Shown: piece after piece, positions 12,723-26,249 of the stretch
Layout of the letters: every line of letters starts with the position of its first letter
How positions within the stretch are numbered: position 1 is the first letter of the stretch
Assembly (NCBI RefSeq): GCF_036321535.1
Contig: NC_087436.1
Span: 110,486,001 to 110,550,000 of the forward strand
DNA: 64,000 bases
From: Camelus dromedarius
Lineage: Eukaryota
Reading direction: 5' to 3'
Made by a program: the position numbers and the translations under genes
The notes under the pieces: model-generated
Databases searched by the model: none
The model's input: only the letters and a program-made list of their open reading frames with translations
What the model was told of the DNA's origin: nothing

Positions 12723-13705
12723 GTGTATCAGTGATCATTTTCTGTTTAACAAATCACCCCCAAAGCTTGAGGGCTCATCGGGCTCATGATCTGTGGTTCA
12801 GCAGTCTGGGCAGGGCTCAGCTGGGGGACTTTAAGCCTCCTTGTGTCTGCAGCCAGCTGCCAGGTGAGACAGCGGCTGGGTGGTCAGGGATGGCTCAGTT
12901 ACACTCCCATCCGGCAGGTCAAGCTGAGCTGTTGGAAGGGAAACTGAGCAAGATTCTGTGAAATTGTAGAGAAGGAAAAAGTTTTCCTTAACCCACTAAG
13001 GGGCCCTCTTTGAGTCTGAAAATGAAACCAACAAAGACAGATTAACAGGAGAGCAGCATACAGAATTGCTTAGTATAAGTTTTATGAGACAAGGGAGTCT
13101 CTGTAAGGAAATGATGACCCACAGAAACAGAGCTGTATTTTCAGCTCGGTTTGGTGTAGAGTGGATCACTGTGGAAATATATGATAGGTTAAGAGTATGA
13201 GGCAGTTGTACTAAACTGAGGGAAATTTAGCAAGATCTGTTTGTGAGGATTCTTCTTGGCATCCCTTTGTTTTCAGAGATAAGGATGCTCTTTTCCTCTG
13301 GGTGTAGGAAGTGCACCTCTCATGTGAGGGTTTTATAATCTGTTTCAGGTAAGAAGGGTGAAGGAGGAGGGGGTCAGAGTGAACTTCCTGCTTCTGCTGT
13401 TTCCTCAGACTTCTTCAGCTTAAAATATTCAACATGCCAAGGTACCATAATTTGGGGTAGCATGTCCTGAACCCCATCAAGAGCAAGTTGATGTGGGAAA
13501 AGTTCCCCAGAGCCTAGGTCCAAACGTGACACACACCACTTCTGCTGTCTGCTGTTGACCGAAGCAAGTTGCAAGTCCAGCCCAAAATTAAGGGGTGAGC
13601 AAATCTCACTTGTTGATGGCTGAAGCTGCAAAGTTACTTCACAAATGATGTAGATACAGGGTTAAGTGAAAAACTGGAGCCATTTATGTAACCTATTAAA
13701 TCTAC
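12723..13705 (-). mobile_element. MLT1 (MaLR) LTR split by a nested ERV1 LTR
   Basis: TAACAAATCACCCCCAAA and TCTGGGCAGGGCTCAGCTGGG in the left part. CACTTCTGC...AAGCAAGT...CCAGCCCAAAATTAAGGGGTG...AGCTGCAAAGT in the right part. Confidence 0.75.
12965..13479 (-). mobile_element. ERV1 solo LTR (MER34-like)
   Basis: Minus strand begins TGATGGGGTTCAGGACATGCTACCCCAAATTATGGTACCTTGGCATGTTGAATATTTTAAGCTGAAG and ends ...CTTCTCTACA. Confidence 0.82.
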
Positions 13706-14884
13706 CTTTAGTCTTCTAGAATGATTTAGTCAAATTATCCTATATGTTTACCTAGAATTTACTCCTTTCTCACTTCTTCCCCATATTTTTCAACCCATTA
13801 TGTGCTTCCAAGAACACATGACCTTTCTTTGCTTAGCTTGGCATTAAAACATGAAAGTGTGTTGTAGATATCATATAATTACTGTTGAATTAATAAACTG
13901 ACTACCTGTCTGTATGTAAAGTATCTATATATTATTGAATGTGAAATGATTAAACAGTGATTAAGTTGTTGCATAGAGCTGAAAGAGATAGATACTTAAT
14001 TGCAATACACAATAAAAATCATGACATCAATATTTCTGCTCTACAGCAGGAATTCATTTGCATCTTAACTGTAATCAAAGTACAATCACTATATAATGAT
14101 GATGATAGCCATAGCCTTAGGTTGATTCACATGAAATTTTTAATATTCAACCATTTGACCTACATCAAAAATGTAAATTTTATGGCTCAACCTAACAACA
14201 ATGAAGTTGTAGAATTATTTCCCAAATGTCAGTGAGCCTGAGAAAGCAAAACTGTTGATTTTAGACAGCAGAGCCTAAAGGTTGAGCAAAATAAGGAGTA
14301 GACATGTTATGGAACTTCATTGTAGGGAGTGAACCCTCTTAGGATTAAATTGATAAAGATGCATTATTGACAACAATCCTGGATATATGTAGAGAACATT
14401 TAAACCTCATCGGTTGTATCCTAATATCCTTTACAGACCAGCAAAAACAGAGAATGTGAAGATGTTGATGGCAAGCGATTACTGTGACGAGGTAGGAAGA
14501 CACAGTGTTTTAACACCAATAGAATCGTACCTCAGTAAAGTATTTTCTGCTGAGAACTATGTGCTACACAATACTACACTACAAAGAGTGCTCAGAGAGT
14601 GGTAAAAGGCAGGGACCGATTCTGTAAAGGGAAGTTCATGATCATGATGCTTAAAAAATGGCAGAAATTAGATTATGAATACAGGTAAAGACTGTGTATT
14701 ATAACAATTCTGTGATTGTGGTGAAGTCTTCCCAAAGAAAGAGATACCTGCTCATGGTCCTTAAAGATGAGTAGGATTTAAGAAGTTGGACCAGAGAGCA
14801 AGACCAAGGTTTAACACACTGTGGCTTGTGTAGGGATTGCACGCTTGGAGTGACAAGTCATACCCTTCAATCTTCTGAATGATG

Positions 14885-15120
14885 ATAATTAGCATGTATT
14901 TACTGCTTACTATGCGCCAGTGTGCTGTGTGCTCTGTGTGTGTTATCTTGTTTAATTCTCCCACAAAACTCTGTGAAGGACATACTGTTATCTCCATTTG
15001 ATAGATACAGAGCAAATCGATGCTTAAAATCCTTGAATTATTTGCTCAAAGTCACATAGTGAGAAATTGGCAAAAATCAAGATTTAGCTGCTTAGACATT
15101 GTCAACAATTTTTAAAGCCT
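14885..15120 (-). mobile_element. MIR SINE
   Basis: GCTTACTATGCGCCAG...TTTAATTCTCCCACAAAACTCTGTGAAG...TTATCTCCATTTGATAGAT...TTGCTCAAAGTCACATAG. Confidence 0.8.
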
Positions 15121-15298
15121 GCTTCTAGCCAATTACTCTGTAGTAATAAAAAAATGTTTTGTACCTGTTTCCAGTTTGTGAGTTTTTTTTTCCTCCATGC
15201 AAACACTGATTCATTTCGTACCTTAAACAATTCAAAGACAATGTTTTACACATTGTAGATGTTTAATAAATACTGTTGGATACACCAGTGTTCTAAAA

Positions 15299-15517
15299 CA
15301 CAGGTTTGCAAACTCTGGCCCATGAGCCAAATTCAGCCTGCATCCTGTTTTTGTGAGTGGTTTTACTGGAGCACAGCTATGCCCACCCAGTTACCCACTG
15401 TCTGTGACTATCTTCACACTGCAGTGGAATTGAGTAGCTGTGACAGGGACCATATGGCCAGCAAAACATATACTATTAACTATTTGGCCCTTTACAGACA
15501 AACTTTGTGTAATCCGA
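15299..15517. mobile_element. MER58A-like hAT-Charlie MITE
   Basis: GCAAACTCTGGCCCATGAGCCAAATTCAGCC...TGGCCCTTTACAGA. 8-bp TSD TTCTAAAA (15291-15298) / TTCTAAAG (15518-15525). Confidence 0.88.
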
Positions 15518-15861
15518 TTCTAAAGAAAGAAAGAAAGAAACAATACATTTAAACTCTGGCAAACAGATATATTGAGTACTTATCCTCACATTGTTAGCAA
15601 ACTTACAAAATGAGGTGTCCAGTGTCTAACACTAACTGTGATTGTTCTGTTAATCCAATCTTTCAATATCATAATTTTAGTTGCCAGGAGCTTTATGTAT
15701 TCTATTTACTTTTTATTTTCTATATTTTTTTCTCTTATTTTTTTTCATTGGAGATACTTTTATGTGCTTTATTTAGCTGAATCCACGTAAGACGCAGTTG
15801 GTGGAGATTATCATTACCATTTTAGTAATAAAGGAAGTAGAAGTTAAAGATACTGGTTGGT

Positions 15862-15980
15862 GAGGGAGGGTATAGCTCAGTGGGTGCTTAGCAAGCATAA
15901 GGTCCTGGGTTCTAGTTCCAGTGCCCCCATTAATAAATAAATAAATAAGCCTAATTACTTCCTCCTTCCCCCCAAAACAA
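15862..15980 (+). mobile_element. Camelid-type tRNA-derived SINE inserted in a MIR remnant
   Basis: GGGAGGGTATAGCTCAGTGG (A box), GGTCCTGGGTTCTAGTTCCAGT (degenerate B box), then (TAAA)n and CCTAATTACTTCC...CCCCCAAAA tail. MIR-like sequence lies on both sides (~15770-15850 and ~16010-16075). Confidence 0.88.
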
Positions 15981-16337
15981 GATGGTTAAAGTGGAAAAAA
16001 AAATAATAGTCACTGTCCCATTGGAGGAACTGGAATCTGAACATAGCCATCTTGGACTCCAAACCCTGGACTCTGTTTTCCCACTGTAATTTCAATCCAT
16101 TCTTGTGTGGCAAAAACTTCCTGATTAATTGCTTATGAACATATAGTGCCCTTTATTTTAAAATATCAGCAATCATTTCTCACCATTATCACATAAAGGG
16201 GACCATCCCATTAACACTTGAGAAATGTCAAGCCCTGAGAGGTTGGCTGCCTGGTGCTCCCAGCCCCGCAATGATTTACGGAAGGCAGGGAAAGGTAGCA
16301 TACCAGCAACTGAAGGCATTATTTCTCGGTGTTCCCT

Positions 16338-16470
16338 CAGAGTTTGTAACCTTAGTGTCATAGAATCTCAGGGTTGGACAGTTACTTAAAGATCATTTCG
16401 TCCAACCCCTACCCGAGGCTTGAATCTGCTATTAGTATCCCAGGGGAACTGGCAACTGGTCTCATGCTGA
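16338..16470. mobile_element. Ancient CR1/L3- or MIR3-like fragment
   Basis: TCATAGAATCTCAGGGTTGGA...AAGATCATTTCGTCCAACCCC. Confidence 0.5.
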
Positions 16471-16504
16471 TGATGCATTTAATCAAGTCCAGATAGCGTG
16501 ATGG

Positions 16505-16655
16505 ACATTTAATGTGCTTCACCCCATTTAATCTTTACAGCACCTCTGGGAGCTAGGTGTTAATTTCATAAGATAAGGAAACTCAGGCTCAGTAAGATCA
16601 AGTCATTTGCCCAAGGTCACACAATTGGTAAGTGGTGAAATTAAGATTGAGAGCC
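16505..16655 (-). mobile_element. MIR SINE
   Basis: AGATAAGGAAACTCAGGCTCAG...TTTGCCCAAGGTCACACA...TAAGTGG MIR core. Confidence 0.82.
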
Positions 16656-19600
16656 ACCGCCCAACACTAAAACCCGTCCTCTGTCCTCGTCATCACTCCC
16701 CATCAGCAGCCTGACAGCGCTCAGGTATTGATGGCCCACTCAGCCAGACTTTTTGTAACCTCTGAAAGACAGTGAAATTACACAGAGTGTTGTTAACACT
16801 TTTGCAGTGGGTGACAGTGAATATATTTTCTATTAAAGCCAAACTTCACTTGGGAAGGACTAGTAACATAAAAGTCACACACACACACAAAAATTTTTTT
16901 TAAACTCTCAGCTACCAGTTTATTAAAAATCAGTGGGCAGCCATGCCTCTCCGGCTAGACACTTAACAGAAAACCCACTCCATCTGACTTTGGGTGAAAC
17001 CAACTAGGCACACTTCATCCATAGCTCAACCCACTCATCGTTTGGGCAGAGATGATAATACTTTCAGGTCCTGCTGGTTATCACTCTGGCACCCTGTACC
17101 TACCTTGTACACCTGCATACGGCTGGTGAAATATCATTGGGAAGACACTACATTTTTGGAACAGTCTTGCCATCACACCAGTTAAACACACTTTCAAAAG
17201 GACCCACCATACCTGATTCTCACATACACACACACACAGACACTCCTCACTGCATCTAACACAATCCTTTCTATGTGGTGGGTCCTGTGCAACAGCAAAT
17301 AACACATATTTCAAACCCTGAAATATGGTGGGTTTAAGGAAGTAAGCAAGTAAGCAAGTACAAAGGAAAGAGGCTAGGTAAATCAACAAATAAATAATTA
17401 TTGACTTACTATGTATTTACTTTAAAAAGCCCCTGTGCTGAGGGTTGCACGTACGTCTGTTCCTTGCAGCTGCTTGGGAAATAGCACTCTCTTTGCCCCC
17501 AGTTTCAGATAAGAGCCAGCCTTACGATTAGCTTGTTCAAATCTACAGCAAGCCAAGATTTGGATCCTGAAAGCATTTTTAACAAAGAAATCACAAAAAT
17601 AAAGGAGGTTAAACTAAAATATACACGCACATATACCCATACGTTAAAAAGCACATACAAATTCAGAGGGAAGGCTCTCAGCTCCCGACAGAGCCAGAAC
17701 CTTCTTCTGTGACCTTTCAAGGCAGTTAGACTTTCAGAGGAATCCCAGGACCTTATGGTTTATTCCTGATATCTCTCTTCTCCTCAGCCCCCTGCCCCCA
17801 TTCCTTTCCATTTGTAGCATTTCCGATCCAGCTTTATCTTTCGATTTGTTTTCGTATGGACCACAAGCACTCGTTTCTGGCCCACCCTCCAACTCCACCC
17901 CTGCCCCTTCCACATACACCTTCCAACGGCAACTCAACACACTCACTCAGGGTTTTCTCAAGCTCCCTTGGGGGAAGCCAACCTATGTCAAGGTCTTTGA
18001 GTGTCACTTTCCGCCCTTTTAGTCTGAGGATAATAAGACCTGCAGAGAGAATTCTTGTGTGGATAAGAGATGGTGAATGAAAGCTGTAGACAGCAGATAA
18101 CCAGCATCTGTTATGAAAATCACAGGCAGGGTACTTCTCTCCTGCGACGTTATGTTTTACTTTCACTGTTGAGAAAAACCTGGGGTGGTGTTTTCAATTG
18201 GATGTGGTCATCCAGGGAGATGATTTTATAGCCTTAGCTATTCATCCAGTCAAAAATTATTATGGCTGCATTTTTTGTAAAGGCTGAATAATTTTATTGC
18301 CCTCAATGAGATCAGTAGCCGAGGAAGCTGAGGCAGTGATGAAAATAATTAAATCATGTGCTTCAGGGCACAAAGCAATGAAATACAGATGAATAGGAAG
18401 ACATTTTGCATTCCCCTCTGCTCCTTTTGACCTCCTTCTATCACCCCCTCCACCCACTAGAACTGGATACTCCCCACCGAATGAGAAGACGGAGCAACCA
18501 GGCCTTTCACCCAGGGCTCAGTGGGCCATGGGTGCCGTAGCCAGACAGGATCTGATCCAGACAGCCAGAGGCTGAGGTTCTGTCAGGGACCAGCTTTATT
18601 TCTTTGGCTCCCCTCCTCCATCAGCTGTATGTGAGGACTCCTAGTAGCATTATTTATTATAATTAATTGTTTCACTTCACTGATCAAAAGCTGCTTCCAA
18701 ATCTGATCCAAGGACAAGTACAGTCCCTGAAATTCATGAATCTTGACATTACAAGCCCCATAAACCTTCAATGGGGAAAGGCTGGACATGTGTGCAGATG
18801 TGCCCTTGGTGCACTTTGCAAGCATCATGGACTCTCAGGGCAGAGCCATGGAAGTGTCCAGCTGTGTCTAGATTCGGGACCCTTTGATGTCTTCTCTTGC
18901 CTGGGGGCCCCGTATCAAATAGCGCTCTTCTGCCTTAAGCTGCAGTTCTCTCTGCAAAACAGCCTTTAAGAGAAAGGCATCCTTGTCATTGCAGCACACA
19001 CCACGATGCTCACTTCTAGATGATTAAAAGGAGCAAACCTCGTCCCCCGTGACATTAAATGGGCTGTGGTACAATCGATACCATTATGATGTCATGCTAC
19101 AGAAAGGCTTTAAGAAATTCTATTTTTGTATTTAGTGTCTTTATCATAATTCAGACATTGTGTAATGTTTAGACTCTTCCCTCTCAATTCTTAAATAAAT
19201 GAAAAAGTAAAAATGATCATCCTCATTGGGGTAGGCAAATAAGCTCTGGGGGAGAGTTTACTAAGTGGTCTCATAAGAATGATTCCACATACACGTTTAC
19301 TGGCCATCCTTTCACTTGTTCAGACTCAGCATGCAAACTGTAAGTGCCTCGAAAGTAGATTCGTTGTCTTAGATATGTTTTCTTTACCTTCACAAACGCA
19401 TAACCTCCACCCAGAGCTGATAGTCAAGAAAGACTACTTGGCTGACTTGAGCTCCCCGTTAGCCTCAAGCTCCCTGTGTGCTCCCTTGTTAGCCTGCTGT
19501 TGGGCAGTGCTCAGCACCTGCACATCTCAGCTTGACTGTGTCTGCTCCACTGGCCTAAATAGAAGGGTGTAGAAGGGAGATGAAAACATTCGACCAAAGT

Positions 19601-20339
19601 GGAGGTGTGTCTGGAGGAGGTGGGAGACTCAGCATAGGACACTGGAGATCAGTAAAACATTCACTGCTCACACTGGCTTTGCTTGATCCTTCCCTGTACA
19701 ACCTTTACTGAAGCATTTCCTGTGGGTTCCTTGGGTGCTGCGTCTCCTTGACACTGATACCTTTTCTTCTTTCATTGAGAGGTGATTTCTTGAGAGAGAA
19801 GGCTGCGGGACTGTGAGGAACTGTCCTTCTAATCTATGGATCGATAAGGATAGGGGGAGATTATGGATTGTGAAGTAGAATAGCATTACCTTTTAATGGT
19901 AAGTGATGAAAAATCTTTTGAAGTTTATATATGAGAAAAAATAAGAAGCAGTATTTATTTAGAGACATGAAAAGTTTTTTACACCTTTCTATGATATGTA
20001 ATTCAGAGATAAAGAACTTTTCCTGCTTCTAGCTTATATACTTGATGTCCTTTTCTCAGTAAATTGCCAAAAAGCATCCTCTCTTTTCATTTGAAGTGTA
20101 CAAAAGAGCATCCAAATTCTTCTCTTCAAGAGAAGAAAAATCTAATTCTCAACTTATGGCATGATTATTGAGTTTATAATGTGAACAGAAAGACTGCTTA
20201 TGGTGTGGCCAGATGTGAAGTTATAAGGCAGGGCTAAGAAGGGCTTCCTATCTGCAAGAAGCTCTTAATTTCATAAAAACATTGTAATACATAAATGTAC
20301 AAGATTACAGATTCATTCTAACACCTGTGTTTCTAGGAT

Positions 20340-22840
20340 TCCCAGTTTTGAGAAATTACAACATTCACTCAGCCTCCCAAGTCTGAATATCATGAGTTAC
20401 CCTTAACTCCTTTGTCTCATTCCCCAGAGCTAATTGGTCCAAAAGGTCTATAGATTTTACCTCCCTAACGTCTTTAAATTAATCTCATCCACCACATCTT
20501 CCTGCCTTAGTTCAGGCATCCATCAGTTCTTGCCTTGATCCTTAGAAGTCTCCCAGTCACTCTTCTTATGTCAAATTTTGAACACTGTCACATCCTCAGT
20601 CCATCTTCTGCACTACAGCTAGGTTGATCTTTCTTAGATAAAGTTAAGTTGACCCTATAATTCCCTTACTTAATCAGGATAAAATGTAGATACTTTAGCT
20701 TAATGCATAAAGCCCCTAATAATTGGTTCCCTGTCTGATTTTCTAATTCCTCTTTGCCATTCCCTAAAAATCTATAAATGCCAAGAGCATGGGATCAACA
20801 TCTTTCTTGTGCAGCCCTGCATCCTGTGTGAAGCCCTGTAAGCACCATCTTACCAAAGGATCTTGCACACAGTAGGTGCTGATCACTTGGAATAAATAAG
20901 CCCTTTGCTCCAGTACAACTAACCTATTTGTTATTTCATGAATGGCCCATATCGGTGCTGTTTCTGAGTCTTTGGCTATGCTTTGCCTCTCCCTGCAATG
21001 TTCTTAAGGACAAATTCAATGCAAGGGAACCTTTCTCCAGAAGGTCTCTCCTGTTCCTCTTGACTGATTAAGACGCCTCTCTGTTGTGCCCCCAAACCCT
21101 TCCAGGTTAGCTCTGTTACAGAAATTCCTATGCTGTCTGTAATAACAGATTCATTTATCCCTGACTTCCTCTGATGAATGTTCCTTGATAACAGGGCCCC
21201 TGTTTTATTTGGTTTTCTATATCATATGCCATTATTGTACCTGGCATTAAAGCAGGCACTTGATGAATGCTTAATAAACATATGAATGAGTTGTATATAT
21301 GTACAAATGCATAAAGGGGAGTAAATAAATTAATGGATAGATATGCTGAACTGAACAGCTACACAGGGTAGTGTGTACTCTTAACGTAGGCACGTGAAGA
21401 AGTGTACAATCTCCTGGGAAGACTTCTGTCTTAGTTAGCTCTTTGGAGATGACTTCTATGTTAGTCCCGACTTGCTAGTATGAAGAACAAGTTACTATTT
21501 TTTCCTCAGTTCAACTAATTAATTATTACATAGTTCATATTCTCTAAATATTCACAAATTTCTTACACAACTCATAATCCAAAACTATGCAGATTTAATA
21601 AATTAATATCTCCCACCATTCAAATTGATTATATCCTTCTCAATTCAGAACTAAAATTTGCATAAATTCTGTAAACACCTTGAAAAGTAAACATATAATA
21701 ACAGAATGAATACAGAATAATCAGTACACAGCCTGGCTACACCCTGTCATTATTCAACTCTCAACTAAGCATCATTTTTCAGACAGGTTTCTTTGCTCAC
21801 CAAGCTCCATCATTCTCTCTAATGCTCTCCCAAAATTCCCTTCAGGAATTCATTGAACTTGTACTTATATTTTTGTTTGCCTAACTGTTTATCATCTCTC
21901 TTCACCACTGGTCCATATAAACCCCACAAGGGCAGAGATAATATCTACTTAGTTTAGCTTTAATTATCCAATACCTAATATAGTGCTTACATATAGTCAG
22001 CAGTCAATAAATGTTCATTAAATGATTACATGTGTTTGTTTAATGCCTTAAACTCTGTGCAGGCAGACGTCATCGTGATTTTCTTCACCACTGGCCCCTT
22101 ACACACACACACACACACATACCCCTGACATATAGATGGTACTAATAAATATTTGCTGAATGAATACTAAATAGCTTTCTAAAACATCTCCCCATATATG
22201 ACCTAGAAGCCTTCCAAACCATTTTCCACACTACTGTCAACAAGATCTTGGAAAAATGTGAATCTTGTGATACCAATTCCCTACTTAAAGCTTAACAAGT
22301 CATCCCCTTGTTCTTAGAATAAAGCTCAAAGTCCTCATCAAAGCCCACAAAGGCTCTCCTTTCTCATCTCATGACACTCACCCTTTCCTGTGCTGAGTCC
22401 TCGTCACACAGGTGTCTCATCACTCTCTGAAATGGGCCGTGGGGCTTCTTTCTAGGACCTTCTTCTCGTGTCCTTATTCACGCATGCTCTTCCCTTCACC
22501 TGCCTGTGCTCTGCTTTGTTCTCCTTATGCTCACATCTTAGGATAGTGTCATCTCCTCTGTGAAGACTTTCATGAACACCCCACCCCACTATCAGGAAAG
22601 CTTAGACCCTCCTCTGCCATAAGCTCTCAGCACTCTATACTTCTCAAAGGCACTCACTACAACGTAATTAAGTACTAATTTGTAGTTGGCTGATGAAAGT
22701 CCATCTTTCTAGAAACTGAAACCCACAGGTTCAGATAGTATATCCTTCTCACTTGAACCCAAATTTTCTAGCAGCTATCAGTGCCTTATCCGGTACATCA
22801 GCTCAGGAATCATTTACTGAAAGGCTAACTGGATGAATGG
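20340..22840 (+). mobile_element. Cluster of L2 fragments with several 3' ends
   Basis: L2 body motifs (CCTTAGTTCAGGC, CTTAGAATAAAGCTCAAAGTCC) and tails CACAGTAGGTGCT (~20870), GGCACTTGATGAATGCT (~21260), CAGTCAATAAATGTT (~22005), TACTAATAAATATTTGCTGAATGAAT (~22145) and CATTTACTGAA...TGGATGAATGG (~22820). A unique-looking gap lies at ~21310-21740. Confidence 0.75.
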
Positions 22841-23721
22841 ATCTGATTTGGGGCATTAACTGCTCTTTTGCCTTGAATTAAAGATCGTCATTCACATTTG
22901 AACACCCTGCTCATCACCATCACCTGTACCTTAGCAGCCATGGCAGAAAAGCTCACCACCCAGATGGCTGGCTTAACCACCACCCCAGCCCCAGTCCCAG
23001 ACATTGTTTTAAAAATTTGGCTTAAAACTAAAGATGACTTACATCAACACAATTTTTCCAACACACCTACTTTCTCATTCTACTCTGTCCTTGATAAAGA
23101 TTTCACGGCTTCTTCCATCCTTCACTGGTACATTGAAGCAGTGAAATTCCCTGCAACCTATCAGTCACTCTCCTGAGGTCACATGGCCTTGAATATCAAA
23201 CACAGAACCCTACATGTGACCTGACACTCCTACACAGAAGATGGCTAATTCCACCTCCATTTGAGAAACTATATGCCATGATTTCAATCTGAGAACTCAT
23301 TCTCATGACCAAAGGTGGTAAAATTCCCAGCGCATTTAGTGAACTTTTACATTTTTTAGTTATTACAATTTTAATGCCTTACCCTTTGGCTTTAGTTTAG
23401 GGATAAACAAAGCTTAAGAAATCAACAACAAGAAAATTTCTAAATCTCTATTATCTTTGAGTCAAGACTTGATTTCTGTCACTCTTTCAGGATCTGCAAC
23501 GCCTTTCATAATGTAACTATTTTTCTTTATTCTCTAGACAAACATCTGAATAAGCATGGCACATATCTTTACAATCCTGGCTGCATCACGCCTCATCTCA
23601 TCCTGTACTTTGTTCAAGATAAGAGACACTAAGTGCTTTACTGAATCAAAGTCCAAGCTGAACCGTCAGCATCATACATTTTAGATGAAATATTTTTAAT
23701 AATTGAAATACTTAAATTGTA

Positions 23722-23813
23722 GAGGAAAGGAAAAGGGAAAGGAAGAGGGAGAGTGAAGGGAAGTAAAAAAAAGAGGAAAAGAGGTAGAGGGGGAGAGAGA
23801 ATAGGAGAGAGAG
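23722..23813 (+). repeat. Purine-rich (GA/GGAA) low-complexity tract
   Basis: Nearly pure A/G over about 90 bp. Confidence 0.85.
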
Positions 23814-24739
23814 ATCTGGAACTACGAGTATATGAAAAAAGAGTTGGGGTTGCCATCATTCCAGCCCATAGCCACATCTTCTAGGGATTATTTAACCTCA
23901 TTAGTCGTGTCTTTTATGATGTCTTTTTAGATGTCTTGGCCTCAATAGTTAAAGACAACACTTTGAGAGATTTTTCCAGTATGTAAAGAAAATCATGTAT
24001 TTTTTGGTAATATATATGCATATTATATGCACGTGTTAATTCAGACAACTTATTTCACTTGTAACATATTATTCTCTGTGTTTTTTCTCCCTAAATCTCA
24101 ATACCTAAATAAAAGGTTTATGTATAATTTTTCCTTCATATAAAAATTGTAATATTTTACAATATAATAAACAGAATCATTTTTCAACAGAGACACATTC
24201 AATGCTCTAAGTAACTCCTTGCCCAGGGCATATTAAAGTTATCACAGGTTACCTTTTTAAAAATCCTTTTTAATTCTAATAGTGCTTATCTTTTATTTTA
24301 TATTCTAATTTCTTATCCACCTATTCTTTGCTTTTCTCTATGTACATGGTAAAGTTATGAACTACTACAGTGAACCAAAACGTATAAGGACTCTACCACT
24401 CAGCTCAGCAAGACAACTTGGCAGTGGTATTAACAAATGTTTAAAAGCACAAATTGTCAATCTGTGAGAAATAAGAAGTAAGACAATGTTTATAGGAGAA
24501 GAGCTTTTTAACTCTGGATGGTCCACTAAACATGCCCCTTCCCCCCTAGCTAAATCGCTACAGAGATAGTATTTGTCATCTACGGATGTCAAAAACAGTT
24601 CCAGGACTGTGTAGACGCCTCATCTCTCTCTGTGCCTCTATGTTGTTTATCAAAAGCATGGGGACAAGGGACTTCAAAGGGAATTCCTTCCTCAGATCAG
24701 CTCAGTGGGAGGCTGAGGGAGACAAGTAACAAGCTCTTG

Positions 24740-24835
24740 ATTGGTATTTACTGAGTGCCAAATGTTTCCTCAACACTGTACAATACACAGGGAAAGACAT
24801 GGTCCATGCCCCATGGGGTTACCATCTAAATAGGA
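24740..24835 (-). mobile_element. L2 3' fragment
   Basis: TATTTACTGAGTGCC...AAGACATGGTCCATGCCCCATGGGGTTACCATCTA. Confidence 0.6.
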
Positions 24836-26249
24836 CCGATGAGGTGAGGCATAATTGGCTGAATTCTTACTCTGTGTTGATGACTTCTCTATGGGAACCC
24901 AAATCATCCTCTGTGGAGATTGGTGCTATTCACCAGAACTTAACAAGTGCGTTACGTCCTCTGAGAGCCTGGCACAGTCAGCCCCATCAGGAGGGAGAGC
25001 TCTGTGTTTGTCATCACTGCCTCTCATATTCAGTCTCTCGCCAGACGCAGTCTTCAATGGCCCCGGCAGCAGTGGGAAGTCAATAGAAGGCTTTGTGGAT
25101 GATCCAGGAGAATCAGGAAGACCCTTATCCTGGAAACAAAAGCTCAGCCTAATACTTCTAGAATTGCTCTCCTGGCTGCCATTTTTAACATATCACTTCA
25201 ATGGTTACAGCTCCCCAGTGGCTCCCCTATTTCTTCCTACGTTCAATGGAGACCTTTGAACATTGCCGCAGACTTGATCCCATCCTGTTGATGGCCAGAT
25301 TACGCCCTGTGGCCAGCCTTGCAGTCTCTCCTTCTGCATATCCTAGCTAGGGGCCTCACAAACCAAGCAAAAACTATTACTTCTTCTCTCCAAGACAATA
25401 CTGACCTCCTTCTATACACCTGTCCTGAGAAACCGTAACAATTAACCCAGTCTATGTGATCTCGTCAACCATCTCACAACCTACCTTTATAGTTTTATTC
25501 ATTTCTAAATTTTTGTTTTTATTTGTTTTGACATCTCATTTTGTCTCACAAATATTATATCTATATCCACAGCTGATGAATGTGCAAATATAGTAAAACC
25601 TGATATAATGCTTCCAAGAATCCAGAAACTATTTTATTTTCAGAGCATTCCTAAGAAGTTCTTGTAGAGTCCAGAACAGGATTTTTTTTAAATCTTTAAC
25701 TACTTTAATTCTAAAACTTATGCATCATCCTTTGTGGCTTTTGTTAATCTTTAAGTTCAACTGAAGTAGAGGTCAGACTGTGGGTTAGTGCAGGCCAGGG
25801 AGGGAAGAAAGTCCCAGACTATCTCAAACTCATAAATCCCGGAGCCGCCAAAGTTGCCTGTACTTGAGTCACTCTGTTGCCACAGCTACCAGAAATATGG
25901 CCAATGAAGCTGTCACGTGTCTAACCATGGGCTATACTTTTACTAACCAATATGTTAAGCAATGAACTAGATAAAGCCATAAGCAAAAGTCCTATAAAAT
26001 CAGTAAATAACAAGTAATAACACTTGCTTATATTGGTTTAGATACTGGAAGGAAAAAAAGACACTGGAATAAAAATTACTAACCACAGTTCTGCCTTCAT
26101 ATATAATTACATTGCTGTTTGGTCTAGAAAACCCACACTAAAAAATTTATTCATGTAGTCCAAGTATAGTGGTACATCAACTTGCTGGGTAGAAAGAAAC
26201 ACATATTCTCTATGAAAGAGTGTGCCCTTAGCCTAGGCCCATACAGATT

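Noticed and set aside
15862..15930. tRNA-like A/B boxes
   Set aside because: This is a SINE head with an internal deletion and a SINE tail, not a tRNA gene.
24855..25259. Overlapping 95-134 aa ORFs
   Set aside because: No recognisable homology. The length is compatible with chance in a locally more GC-rich patch.
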